A stretch of DNA of 64,000 bases from an uncultured Candidatus Rokubacteria bacterium (GCA_963708025.1 CAVPSB010000015.1:128001-192000), one strand, 5' to 3'; shown: positions 28,821 through 39,085, numbered from the stretch's first letter. Made by a program: numbers and translations. Notes: generated from the letters alone by a model not told the origin.

Positions 28821-31055
28821 ATGACGTCGCCCCGGTTCAGTGTCGTCATCCCCACCCGCGAGCGAGCCGGCACCCTGGTATCCACCTTGCGGAGCTGCCT
28901 GGATCAGGACTTCGACGACTACGAGGTCGTGGTGTGCGACAACGACGGCTCGCCGGCCACGCGGGAGGCCGTCGATGGGTTCGCCTCACCACGGATCAAG
29001 TACGTGCGCGCGCCACACCTGCTGGCGATGGGCGACAACTGGGAGCTGGGCCTGGCGCACGCCGAGGGCGAGTACGTGACCGTGCTCGGCGACGACGACG
29101 GCCTGATGCCCTATGCCCTGGTGGAGCTGGACCGGCTGATCCGTGGGGCGGGCGAGCCCCCGGCCGTCCGGTGGAGCGCTGCCTTCTACACCTGGCCCGA
29201 CCTGGCCATCCGGGGCGAGGAAAACTACCTGCGCGTGCCACTGGGTCGCCGGGTCCACACCGTGGACGCCCGGGCCGCGATGGCCTCCGTCCTCCGCTTC
29301 CAGGACTGCTACACCACGCTCCCCACGATCTACAACGCGATGATCCGTCACACCCTCCTGGCGGAGTGGCGGCAGCGCGGCGGGCGCCTGTTCCGGGCCT
29401 ACTGCCCGGACGTCTACTCGGGCTTCGCCCTGGCCCACTTGGCCGGGCAGTACGTCTCGACCGATGCGCCGATGACGGTGGCCGGACTGTCGGGGCGGAG
29501 CTTCGGCGTGGCCATGTTCTTCTTCCGGGGCCGCTCGCCCCTCGACCACGAGGTGCGACGGCTGAACGAGGCTCGTTACCCCATCCATCCCACGGTGCCG
29601 GACCTCCCGGTCTTCCCGACCGTCCCGGTGGCCGACGCGTTCCAGTGGGCCAAGGACACGCTGTTCCCCCGGGACGACACCCTGACGCTGGATCGTCAAC
29701 TGGTCGCGTCGCTGTGCGTCGAGAACCTCCGCACCGAATCCGAGGCGGACTGGCGCCAGGGGATGGCCGTCATCCGCGGCTCGCTCGCCGACGTCCCCGC
29801 CCTGGCCGAGTGGTTCGACACGGTGCACGGCCCGCGCCCCTTCCGCCCCGTCGGCCCGCTACCCCTGCGCAGCCCGCGGCTGGGGTTCGACGGCGATCAC
29901 CTGCACCTGGACGCCGCGGTGTTCGGGGTGGCCAGCGTCCACGACGCCGTCCGGCTGTGCGAGAAGGTGCTGAACTACCGGCGCGACGGCCTGGAGCCGG
30001 GCGGTCACGCCGCGCCGTCGGCTGGAGGCGGCCGGCTCGACGCGGGGTCCCCCGGCATTCCGAGCCCGGCGCCGCCGGGGGCCGTCCCGCCGGTGGTGGC
30101 GTCCCTGCGGCGGCTGGGTCACGGGCTCTACGCCTGGCTGGCCGCCGAGCTGGATTGTCGCCGGATGATCGACGTCGGGGCCCACCACGGGACGGTGCTC
30201 GGTCACTTCGTCCGGGCGGGCTGGGACGTGATCGGCTTCGAGCCGATCGAGTCGAACCGGCTCGCGCTGCTCGAGAACAGCGCCGGCCCGGGCCGGCTGG
30301 TCGTCCGGCCGGAGGCGGTCAGCGACTCGACGCGCCTCCGCGAGCTCCACCTGGCCGTGACCAAGGACGGGCGGCTCCACGAGTACTATCACAGCCTGGA
30401 GAACTACCGCGAGGACGTCTGGCATCGCAAGGGGCCGACGGTGAGCGTGGCGGCGGTGAGCCTGGACGACCTCGCCGCCGCCGGCGAGGTGCCGGTCGAG
30501 CTGGGGTTCCTCAAGGTCAACACGGAAGGCCACGACCTCGCCGTGCTGCGGGGATGCGGCCGGTTGCGCTGCCAGGTGATCTGCGTCGAGTTCTGGAGGG
30601 ACGCCCACGCCCTCGGGCCGAGCCCGTCTCCCGCCGAGGAGATGATCGCCCTGTTGCGCAGCCGTGGCTACGCCGATTACGTCGTCCTGGCGCACGACGC
30701 CGACCAGACGCAGGTCCTCTACTCGACGATGAGGGGCACCCACCCCGGAGCCTGGGGCGACATCTTCTTCTTCCACGAGACGGCGGCCGGCGCCTACCAG
30801 CGGCTCCGGGCGGACGTCCTGTGGCAGACGGCGGTGGAAGCCTACGAGGGCTGGGGCCTCTCCCGCGGCGAGCTCGTGGAGAAGGAGGCCGTGATCCAGT
30901 CGTTCCATGGCCAGCTGGTCGAGAAGGAGGCCGTCATCCAGTCTCTCCACCGGAAGCTGGTCGAGAAGCGGTCCGCCACCCTGCGGCAGATCCTGGCGCA
31001 AGCCATCCGCCGGCGGTGGCGGCGCTGGGGGTCGGGACCGGCTCGCGGCCGGTGA
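28821..31055 (+). CDS. GT2 glycosyltransferase fused to FkbM methyltransferase and a coiled-coil tail
   Basis: FSVVIPTRER, VCDNDG, LGDDDG; IDVGAHHG, FEP, LKVNTEGHD; LVEKEAVIQS repeats. Confidence 0.85.
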   Translation: MTSPRFSVVIPTRERAGTLVSTLRSCLDQDFDDYEVVVCDNDGSPATREAVDGFASPRIKYVRAPHLLAMGDNWELGLAHAEGEYVTVLGDDDGLMPYALVELDRLIRGAGEPPAVRWSAAFYTWPDLAIRGEENYLRVPLGRRVHTVDARAAMASVLRFQDCYTTLPTIYNAMIRHTLLAEWRQRGGRLFRAYCPDVYSGFALAHLAGQYVSTDAPMTVAGLSGRSFGVAMFFFRGRSPLDHEVRRLNEARYPIHPTVPDLPVFPTVPVADAFQWAKDTLFPRDDTLTLDRQLVASLCVENLRTESEADWRQGMAVIRGSLADVPALAEWFDTVHGPRPFRPVGPLPLRSPRLGFDGDHLHLDAAVFGVASVHDAVRLCEKVLNYRRDGLEPGGHAAPSAGGGRLDAGSPGIPSPAPPGAVPPVVASLRRLGHGLYAWLAAELDCRRMIDVGAHHGTVLGHFVRAGWDVIGFEPIESNRLALLENSAGPGRLVVRPEAVSDSTRLRELHLAVTKDGRLHEYYHSLENYREDVWHRKGPTVSVAAVSLDDLAAAGEVPVELGFLKVNTEGHDLAVLRGCGRLRCQVICVEFWRDAHALGPSPSPAEEMIALLRSRGYADYVVLAHDADQTQVLYSTMRGTHPGAWGDIFFFHETAAGAYQRLRADVLWQTAVEAYEGWGLSRGELVEKEAVIQSFHGQLVEKEAVIQSLHRKLVEKRSATLRQILAQAIRRRWRRWGSGPARGR
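30873..30968 (+). repeat. Coding tandem repeat, 42-bp (14-aa) period, 2.3 units
   Basis: LVEKEAVIQSFHGQ / LVEKEAVIQSLHRK / LVEK starting at 30873, 30915, 30957. Confidence 0.85.
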
Positions 31056-31159
31056 GGCGCCGTGGCGGGCCCCCGACCCCGGCTCCCACCCGCTCCGTGG
31101 CGATGCCCGCGCCGCCCTGGCCGGCGGTGAGGGCGGACCCCCTCAGCGGCCGCCGGGCT

Positions 31160-31401
31160 GACCACCTTCGGCCAGTCGGGGGTGCCCGCCGCGCCGCTCG
31201 CCCCGGCCGGACCGGGAGGCGGCGGCGCCGCGGCGGACCCGGGGGTGGGCGTCTGGGCGAGGGCGTGGGTCCCCCAGGCGAGGCCGAGGAGCGCCGACAG
31301 GGCTGCCCGCCGGTCGATGGGCGTTCCGGCGCCCCGCCCGGGGACCGCCGTGAGCCTCGCAAGGGCCTTCCAGGGGTTCGAGTCGCTCGAGGTCCTGCCA
31401 T
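31160..31401 (-). pseudogene. 5' remnant of a secreted protein
   Basis: AAGGAG then ATG 31401; after a 1-nt shift IDRRAALSALLGLAWGTHALAQ..PDWPKVV, then no recognisable continuation. Confidence 0.4.
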
Positions 31402-31717
31402 GGGTTGCTCCTTCATCCGGCCCGTGCCCTCAGGCCGGTGGCGCGACGTACTCAACGCCTGGGGCCCCCGTGGCGTTGAGTGTGATCGTCGAGGAAGGGG
31501 GACCGTTCCATGGGACTTTGGTCGTATGCTGGCGATCAGGAACCTCCGGGCGTACGACCAAGGTCCGATAGACGGCCGCCTCCGCGGCGACTATGGTATC
31601 TTCGGGCCTCGGCGAGGTGGCGGTCGGGACCAGGGCGCCTCCTGACGAGGACCGGGACGTGCGGTCGACGCGGAACGACGTGGTTCACCCCTGTGGGAGA
31701 GACGTGGACTAGCGACC

Positions 31718-32461
31718 ATGAAGGACGTGTGGCTGGATCAGGTGCTCCACCGGCGCCTCTCGCGACCGCTGAGCGCGGGGGCCGTGCGGATCGGGATCTC
31801 GCCCAATGCCGTGACCATCGCCAGCCTGCTCGTCGGGCTCGGCGCCGCCTGGAGCGTGGCCCGCGGGTCGGTGGGGGGCGCGTGGCTCGGGCTGGCCCTG
31901 TATCTCGCGGCCGTGGTGCTGGACCACGCGGATGGCGAGGTCGCCCGCGCCACCGGCACGGCATCGCAGCTGGGCCACTGGCTCGACATCGGGACGGACG
32001 CCGCCGTGCACGGCACGCTGGTCGTTGCGCTGGGTCTGGCGACGACGCCGTTCGGCGCGTCGTGGGGCCCGAGTGTCGGCGTGCTGGGGGCGATGGGCGT
32101 CGTCGCCAGCGCGCTCCTCGCCAACGTGTGGCCGCTGCGCGCCACGGCGGATGGAAGCCGGGTCGAGCGATGGCTGGACGGCCTCGGCAACCGGCATGGA
32201 TTCTACGGAGCGCTGCTCGGTTACGTGCTCGGCCGCACCTTCATCCCCGACCTCTTGCCCGCTCTGCTCATCGTCGTGACGCTCGGCTCACATGCCTACT
32301 GGCTCGGTCGGGTTGCCCTGCTCCTGGCCACACGGCGCCGGCCGGGGCCGGAGGTGGTGGGCGCCGACGGTTCGCGCTTCGGCGTCGAGCCGGCCCGTCG
32401 CCCTACCGGGAGCTGGCTCAGCTCGAGCCCACGCGACCGGTGCCGCCCGGCCCCGGATTGA
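31718..32461 (+). CDS. CDP-alcohol phosphatidyltransferase family
   Basis: SPNAVT; LDHADGEVARATG..SQLGHWLD...D signature. Confidence 0.85.
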   Translation: MKDVWLDQVLHRRLSRPLSAGAVRIGISPNAVTIASLLVGLGAAWSVARGSVGGAWLGLALYLAAVVLDHADGEVARATGTASQLGHWLDIGTDAAVHGTLVVALGLATTPFGASWGPSVGVLGAMGVVASALLANVWPLRATADGSRVERWLDGLGNRHGFYGALLGYVLGRTFIPDLLPALLIVVTLGSHAYWLGRVALLLATRRRPGPEVVGADGSRFGVEPARRPTGSWLSSSPRDRCRPAPD

Positions 32462-32526
32462 GCGCGGGCAGCGCGGACTGGGCGCGGGCGGACTGCTGAC
32501 GGCGTCCCAGCCAGCCGGCCCGGGCA

Positions 32527-32628
32527 CACCATCTCGGCGGAGATCTCTCCCGCCTTGATCTTGCCCGGCCAGCGGACCATCGCCGGCACGCGGAACGCGC
32601 CCTCCCAGTTGGTGTCCTTCTCGCTGCG
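32527..32628 (-). pseudogene. Internal fragment of an arylsulfatase gene
   Basis: [34 protein letters not shown] with no flanking sulfatase sequence. Confidence 0.75.
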
Positions 32629-32930
32629 ATGACTCGGAGGAGCGCGTCGGCGACACCCGACCTCCGGTTCCACCCCGGCCGGAGGGTCGCCAGGTTCTCG
32701 GTGCCCGTTGCCAACGGGCCAGGGCGCAGACGCTCGAGGGGAAGTCCCGTCGCCATGCCAGACGCAAAGCCACGATAGCCCTGGTCGCCCCGGGCGCCAA
32801 TGGGACTTTGGTCCTACTCTGCTCGGCCGGTGTCTCGCCGGGAGTCTTGACGGGCGCTCCCTCCACGGGTCACCATCGGTCGTCGGCCGCTCCTTCTCCG
32901 ATCGACAACACCCGGCACGGGAGGACATGC

Positions 32931-34503
32931 GTGCGGAGGCTCTTCGGCATCACGCTGCTCGTCGCGGTCGCCGTGACCGCGCTGGCCACGCCGGCGTCGG
33001 CGGTGCTGGCGACGCTCACGGACGACGCCCACACCTCGTCCGCGTCCCAGGCGAAGAACTTCGGCATCGAGCCGTCCCTGCTCGTCCAGGCCCCGGGGCC
33101 CCGGACGGTCACCTTCCTCAAGTTCGACCTGGCGAGCCTGCCGAGCGGGACCCAGGGCAGCGACGTCGTGAAGGCGACCCTGACACTCTGGGTGAGCCGG
33201 GTCGGCGCGCCGGGGTTCTTCGACGTGCGAGTCGTGCGCAGTCCCTGGAGCGAGGGCGCGCTGACCGCGGTGGCGACGCCGCGGCTCGGCAGCGCGGAGA
33301 TCGGCGGGGTGCCGGTCGTCGCCGCGGCCCGGCAGTCGTTCATGACGCTCGACCTCACGGAGATCGTCCGGGAGTGGGTGGACAAGGGCCTGCCGAACCA
33401 CGGGATCGCGCTCGTCCCCAGCTCGCGCGAGGTGGCGGTGACCTTCGACAGCAAGGAGAACCGGGAGACCAGTCACGAGCCCCGGCTCGAGATCGTCCTG
33501 CGCGGCGAGCCCGGCATCGCCGGGCCACCCGGCCCCGCCGGCCCCGTGGGGCCGTCGGGGGGAACCGGCGGAGCCGCCGCCGGCCTGCCGGGTCCGGCCG
33601 GTTCACCGGGGCCGCCCGGACCGCAGGGAGCGATCGGTCCGCCCGGGCCGCGCGGGCCCGAAGGTCGTGAGGGGCTGCCCGGCCCGCCGGGGCTGCCTGG
33701 CCAGATGGGTCCTGCGGGTCCGGCCGGCTCGACGGGGCCGTCGGGACACGCCGGGACCGCCGGGACCGATGGGCCCCCCCGGGTTCGCCGGTCCTCCCGG
33801 CGTTCCCGGCGCTGCCGGCATCGCGGGGCCGGCCGGGCCGGTCGGCCCCGCGGTCACCGTCGCCGGCACGGCCCAGGTGGCCGCGAGGTCCACGCTCAAC
33901 GGGCTGAGGGAGTTCCGCGCCACCTCCAACTGGACGGCGCCCCCCGGCGTTACCCACGTGCTCGTGGAGTCCTGGGGCGCCGGTGGGGGCGGCGGCGGCG
34001 GCTCGTCGGGCGCCACCGGCGGCGGGGGCGGCGGCGGTGCCGGCGCCTACCAGCGCGGTGTCGTCGCCGTCACCCCCGGCGCCTCCTACGAGGTGGTCCT
34101 GGGCCAGGGCGGCGCCCAGGGGGACGTCGGCAAAGCGGGGTCGGCCGGCACCGACACGGAGTTCCGCGACGTGCGGACCGGCGCCGTCCTGTACCGGGCG
34201 CGGGCCGGTCGGGGTGGGGGCGCGGGACAGGAGCAGTACCTGCCGGGGTCCGTGGGGGCCGGGGGACCCGGCGATTCGGCGGGCATCGCGCGCGATGGCG
34301 TTAACGGGGCCGCCGGCTCGCCGTGTCCGCCCGCCGCGCTGTCGCCCTCGAACTGCCTTCGCCCGGCCAGCGGCGGCGCCGGCGGCGTCGCCTCCCGCGG
34401 CAGCGTGGATCCCCCCTCGACCGCCGGGCGTGGCGGCGGGGGCGGTCAGGGCAATAAACCGGGAACGGCGGGGTCGCCGGGCTACGTCATCCTGCAATGG
34501 TGA
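32931..34503 (+). CDS. Secreted collagen-like protein (DNRLRE-type N-domain, ~38 Gly-X-Y triplets, Gly-rich C-domain); frameshift at ~33746
   Basis: Signal peptide; [47 protein letters not shown] run; [21 protein letters not shown]...GYVILQW. Confidence 0.85.
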
Positions 34504-34653
34504 CCGCCGTTGCGCGCCCCCCGCGTTCGTCGCACAATCGCCTGAACTCGCCGCCGGGTCAGCCGGCGGCCGCGGAAAGGGACCCCCGCCGATGAGACAC
34601 CTCGTGTCAACCCTCTCGTTCCGCCGACCTCGTACCGCGTCGGGACTGCGGGG

Positions 34654-34785
34654 CACCCCCCCTCCCGGCAGGCCGGAGGCCGTCGGCCAAAGGCCGGAGG
34701 CCGTCGGCCAAAGGCCGGAGGCCGTCGGTGGGTGGGGAGGGGTCGCCAGAGGCCGAAGGCCGTCTATGGGTGGGGGTGGACCCCA
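34654..34785 (+). repeat. Composite G-rich repeat with 21-bp tandem units and GGCC-GRA-GGCC hairpins
   Basis: AGGCCGGAGGCCGTCGGCCAA x2.8 (34670-34728), AGGCCGAAGGCCGTC (34750-34764), ends GGGTGGGGGTGGACCCCA before ATG. Confidence 0.85.
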
Positions 34786-36028
34786 ATGAGCGCCATCCTG
34801 TTCCGGAACGCCAGGCTCTTCGATCCCACGACCGGGCGAGCTCGCCGGCGGCGGCTCGGTCCTGGTCGAGGGCGATCGCATCCGCGAGGTCGCCTCCCGG
34901 CCGATCCACGCCGCCGGCGCCACCGTCCTCGACTGCGGCGGGCGGACCCTGATGCCCGGGCTGATCGACTGCCACGTCCACGTCTTCCTCTCCGAGGTCA
35001 ACATCCGCGCCCTCGAAGCCGTCCCGCTCACCCTCATGACGGCCCGCGCCGCCGGCCTGATGCGGGCCATGCTCGACCGCGGCTTCACGACCGTCCGCGA
35101 CACCGGCGGCGCCGACTGGGGGATCCGGGAGGCCGTCGCGCTCGGGCACCTGGCCGGGCCCCGCCTCTTCGTCGCCGGTCGGGCTATCGGCCAGACCAGC
35201 GGCCACTCGGACACCCGCCGCCGGACCGACACCGGGTCGTCCTGCCCGACGTGCAACGCGATGCTGTTCACGCTGGCCATCGCCGACGGCGCCGACGAGG
35301 TCCGCCGGGCCGTCCGCGAGCAGCTCCGCCAGGGGGCGGACCACATCAAGATCATGGTCTCCGGCGGGGTGGCCTCGCCCTACGATCCGCTCGACAGCCT
35401 CCAGTACACGCTGGACGAGATCCGGGCGGCCGTGGACGAGGCGGCCACCTTCAAGCGCTACGTCTGCGCCCACGCCTACCCCGCCGAGGCGATCGCCCGG
35501 GCCGTCGACTGCGGCGTGCGGGTGATCGAGCACGGGAACCTGATCGACGCCGGGACCGCGAAGCTGATGGCCGAGCGGGGCGCCATCCTGGTGCCGACGC
35601 TGGTCGCCTACGACGCCATCAACCGCCACGGCGGCCGGTTCGGGATGGGCGGGGAGAGCCTCGAGAAGAACAAGCTCGTCCTGGAGGCGGGGCTCCGCTC
35701 GCTCGAGCTCGCCCGGGACGCCGGCGTGCGGATGGCGTACGGGAGCGACCTGCTCGGACAGCTCCAGCCCGACCAGTCGCGCGAGTTCCTGCTCCGGGCC
35801 GAGGCCCTCTCGCCCCGCGAGATCCTCCACTCGGCGACGGTTGTCGGCGCCGAGCTGCTCGGCCGGGCGGGCGAGCTGGGCGTCGTGGCCCCGGGGGCGC
35901 TGGCCGACCTCCTGGTGGTGGACGGCAACCCGCTCGAGGACCTGGGGCTCTTCCAGGACCAGGGCGCCCACCTGTCGGTGATCATGCAGGGCGGACGGCT
36001 CCACAAGAACCGCCTCCCCCCGGCATGA
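34786..36028 (+). CDS. Metal-dependent amidohydrolase (Xaa-Pro dipeptidase-like); frameshift at ~34836
   Basis: LMPGLIDCHVH, GFTTVRDTGG, IKIMVSGG, AHAY, IEHG, YGSD, ADLLVVDGNPL. Confidence 0.9.
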
Positions 36029-36852
36029 CGGCGAGCGGCGTCGCCCTCCGCCGCGGGCTGGGTCGCCTGGCCCTGCGGGGCGCGGCGGGGGTGGCCCTCG
36101 CCTTCGTCCTCCTCCCCCTCGGGCTCGTCTCCTGGCTCGGCTTCTTCCGGAACGAGGTCGTCTCCTTCCCGCCCCGGGGGTACACCCTCCGCTGGTTCGG
36201 GGCGATCCTCGACCAGCGCAACTTCGTCGACGGGTTCGTGGCGAGCCTGGAGGTCGGCCTCGTCGCCATGCTGGCGGGGCTCGCGGTCGGCGTGCCGGCC
36301 AGCCTGTGCCTGGCGCGCCACCGCTTCCGCGGCCACGAGGCGCTGAACACGCTGCTCCTCCTGCCCCTGGTCGTGCCCGGCATCGTCGCCGGCACCGCCA
36401 TCTACGTGTTCCAGGTCGAGACCGAGATCTTGACCGGCCTCCCCCTGGTCGCCTCGCTGCCGGGGCTCGTGCTGGCCCACGTCCTCATCACGATCCCGTG
36501 GACCGTGCGGCTCGTCACCGCCAGCCTGGCCGGGCTCGACCGCACGGTGGAGGAGGCGGCGCTCAGCCTCGGTGCCGGGCCGTGGACGACGTTCCGGCGC
36601 GTCACCCTGCCGCTGATCCGGCCCGGGGTGGTGGCGGCCGCGCTCTTCAGCTTCATCATCTCGTTCGGCAACCTGGAGATGTCGCTCTTCCTGGTCGGTC
36701 CCGGGCGCACCACGCTGCCGATCGCCATCCTCCAGTACCTGGAGTGGCGCATCGACCCGGTCATCGCCGCCGTGTCCTTCCTCCAGATCGTCCTGATCGC
36801 CGCCGGCATGGCGGTGACGAACCGGTACGTGCGGCTCAGCCGGGTGCTGTAG
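36025..36852 (+). CDS. Polyamine-type ABC permease (PotC-like)
   Basis: PPRGYTLRWF, EEAALSLGA, TTLPIAI. Confidence 0.9.
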   Translation: MTASGVALRRGLGRLALRGAAGVALAFVLLPLGLVSWLGFFRNEVVSFPPRGYTLRWFGAILDQRNFVDGFVASLEVGLVAMLAGLAVGVPASLCLARHRFRGHEALNTLLLLPLVVPGIVAGTAIYVFQVETEILTGLPLVASLPGLVLAHVLITIPWTVRLVTASLAGLDRTVEEAALSLGAGPWTTFRRVTLPLIRPGVVAAALFSFIISFGNLEMSLFLVGPGRTTLPIAILQYLEWRIDPVIAAVSFLQIVLIAAGMAVTNRYVRLSRVL

Positions 36853-36861
36853 CCGGCCGGC

Positions 36862-37950
36862 ATGTCGCGCGTCGTCCTCGAGGGGCTGTCGAAGCGGTAC
36901 GGCGAGGTGTGGGCCGTCCGCGACGTCGCGCTCACGATCGAGGAGGGCGAGCTGGTGGTCCTGCTCGGCCCCAGCGGCTGCGGCAAGACGACGATCCTCC
37001 GCATGATCGCCGGCCTGGCCGAGGTCACGGCGGGCCGGATCCGGCTGGGCGGGCGCGACATCACCCAGGCCCCGCCTTACCGGCGGAACACCGGGCTCGT
37101 CTTCCAGGGCTACGCTCTCTTTCCCCACCTGACCGTCGCCGAGAACGTCGCCTTCGGCCTCGAGATGCGCCGGCTGGCGCGGCCGGCCATCGACGACAAG
37201 GTCGCCGAGGCGCTGCGCCTGGTGCGCTTGGGGGGGCTCGGGGACCGCCTGCCGCGCCAGCTCTCGGGCGGGCAGCAGCAGCGGGTCGCGCTGGCCCGCG
37301 CGCTGGTCATCGCGCCCGAGCTGCTCCTCCTAGACGAGCCGCTGTCCAACCTCGACGCCAAGCTGCGGGAGGAGGTCCGCGTCGAGATCCGGCAGCTCCA
37401 GCGGACGCTCGGGCTGACGACCCTCATGGTGACCCACGACCAGGAAGAGGCGCTGACCATGGCCGACCGGCTGGTCGTCATGTCGGGCGGCGTGATCCAG
37501 CAGATCGGGACGCAGCGCGAGCTGTACGACCGGCCGGCGAACCGGTTCGTGGCCGGCTTCGTGGGCCGGACGAACTTCTTTCCGGGCCGCGTGGTGGCGC
37601 CCGGCCTGTTCGAGACCGACGGCGGCCTGAAGATCCGGGTAGCGGCCGACGGCGACGCCGGCCGCCCCGCCCTGCTCGCCCTGCGGCCGGAGCGGGTGGC
37701 GATCGCGGGGGGACCGCCGGCCGGCGTGGCGAACAGCGCGGCGGGGGCGGTGGAGTTCGTGTCGTATTTGGGCTCGATCATCGAGTACTACGTGCGGCTG
37801 GCATCCGGGGAGGTGGTGCGGGTCCACAGTCCGAACACCGGGGCGGCCGGCGCCCCCGCCTTCGCCCTCGGCGACCGGGTGCAGCTCGCCTGGCCGGCGG
37901 AGGCGGGGCTCGTTCTGGCCAACGACCAGACCCAGGAGGATCGACGATGA
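36862..37950 (+). CDS. ABC ATP-binding protein (PotA-like, TOBE)
   Basis: GPSGCGKT, LSGGQQQR, LLLLDEP, VTHDQEEA. Confidence 0.95.
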   Translation: MSRVVLEGLSKRYGEVWAVRDVALTIEEGELVVLLGPSGCGKTTILRMIAGLAEVTAGRIRLGGRDITQAPPYRRNTGLVFQGYALFPHLTVAENVAFGLEMRRLARPAIDDKVAEALRLVRLGGLGDRLPRQLSGGQQQRVALARALVIAPELLLLDEPLSNLDAKLREEVRVEIRQLQRTLGLTTLMVTHDQEEALTMADRLVVMSGGVIQQIGTQRELYDRPANRFVAGFVGRTNFFPGRVVAPGLFETDGGLKIRVAADGDAGRPALLALRPERVAIAGGPPAGVANSAAGAVEFVSYLGSIIEYYVRLASGEVVRVHSPNTGAAGAPAFALGDRVQLAWPAEAGLVLANDQTQEDRR

Positions 37951-39026
37951 AGAGCAGACTGTCCGGGAGCGCTCCGTTCGCGATCACGCGCCGCCGCTTC
38001 GTCCAGGGGGCGGGCGCGCTGGCCGGCGCCGCCGCGCTGGGCGGCCTCGGGGCCGGCCCGGCCCGGGCCCAGGCTGGCGGCAAGATGGTGCTGGGCACCT
38101 GGGGCGGCGACTACTCGAAGCTCCTCACCCAGAACGTCGAGACGCCGATCCTGAAGCCCAAGGGGATCGAGGTCGTCCACGACATCGCCGGCGACCCCCA
38201 GCGGCGGGCGAAGCTGGTCGCCGAGAAGCGCCTCCCGCGGGGGACGACCGACCTCCAGGCGCTCAGCGCGGCGGGCTCCTACGAGATGTGGGCGGCCGGC
38301 GTGCTCGACGAGATCGACTTCGGCAAGATCGCGAACGCCCGGCACCTGCTGGCGCCGATGAAGACGAAGTACTCGGTCGGCCACATCTACAGCGGGCAGG
38401 TGATCCTCTACAACCCGCAGATGATCAGCCCGGCGCCGACCTCGTACAACGACCTCTGGGATCCCAAGCACCAGGGCAAGGTCGGCGTCATCGACATCCA
38501 GTACATCGGCACCATCGAAGCCGCGACCCTCGTCTCGGGCGGCAGCATGGAGAACTTCGAGCCGGCCAAGGCCAAGCTCCTCGAGCTGCGGAAGCTCGGC
38601 CTGAAGATGTACCCGACCAACGAGGCGATGGCCCAAGCGCTCCAGACGGGCGAGGTCGGCATGTGCATCATGTGGAAGGCCCGCGGCGTGATGTGGCAGA
38701 ACGCCGGCGTGCCGGTCCAGGCGGTGGCCCCGAAGGAGGGCGTGGTCCTCTACGTCTCCGACTTCGTCCTGCCCAAGAACGCGCAGAACAAGGCGGCCGC
38801 CCATGCGTATCTCGACGCGATGCTGGAGCCGACGGCCCAGGTCGCGTTCGCCGAGACCATGGGCTACAACGCCACCGTGGACAACGCCAAGCCGCCCGAG
38901 GCGGTGGCCAAGCGGGTCGGCTTCAGCAAGGAGGAGCAGGCGAAGCTGATCACGCCCAGCTACGAGTACATCGCCAAGGTGGACTCGCAGTTCAAGGAGT
39001 GGTGGGACAAGGTCTTCAAGGCCTGA
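37947..39026 (+). CDS. Polyamine-type ABC substrate-binding protein with Tat signal
   Basis: TRRRFVQG signal; TWGGDY; PKEG; WWDK. Confidence 0.88.
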   Translation: MKSRLSGSAPFAITRRRFVQGAGALAGAAALGGLGAGPARAQAGGKMVLGTWGGDYSKLLTQNVETPILKPKGIEVVHDIAGDPQRRAKLVAEKRLPRGTTDLQALSAAGSYEMWAAGVLDEIDFGKIANARHLLAPMKTKYSVGHIYSGQVILYNPQMISPAPTSYNDLWDPKHQGKVGVIDIQYIGTIEAATLVSGGSMENFEPAKAKLLELRKLGLKMYPTNEAMAQALQTGEVGMCIMWKARGVMWQNAGVPVQAVAPKEGVVLYVSDFVLPKNAQNKAAAHAYLDAMLEPTAQVAFAETMGYNATVDNAKPPEAVAKRVGFSKEEQAKLITPSYEYIAKVDSQFKEWWDKVFKA

Positions 39027-39035
39027 GCCGCCCTT

Positions 39036-39085
39036 CCGCTCCCTCTCCCTCCCTCGGGGAGGGAGAGGGGCGGGGTGAGGGTGGG
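39036..39085 (+). repeat. REP-like G-rich palindrome, variant of the window's repeat family
   Basis: CCCTCTCCCTCCCTCGGGGAGGGAGAGGGGCGGGGTGAGGG hairpin plus G tail, between SBP and permease genes. Confidence 0.7.

Noticed and set aside
34670-34728. 21-bp tandem repeat as a CRISPR array
   Set aside because: No spacers, under three full units, no cas genes
34592-34789. Leader peptide MRHLVST...RPEAVGQ repeats as a RiPP precursor
   Set aside because: The periodicity comes from the DNA repeat seen elsewhere in non-coding context; no maturases nearby
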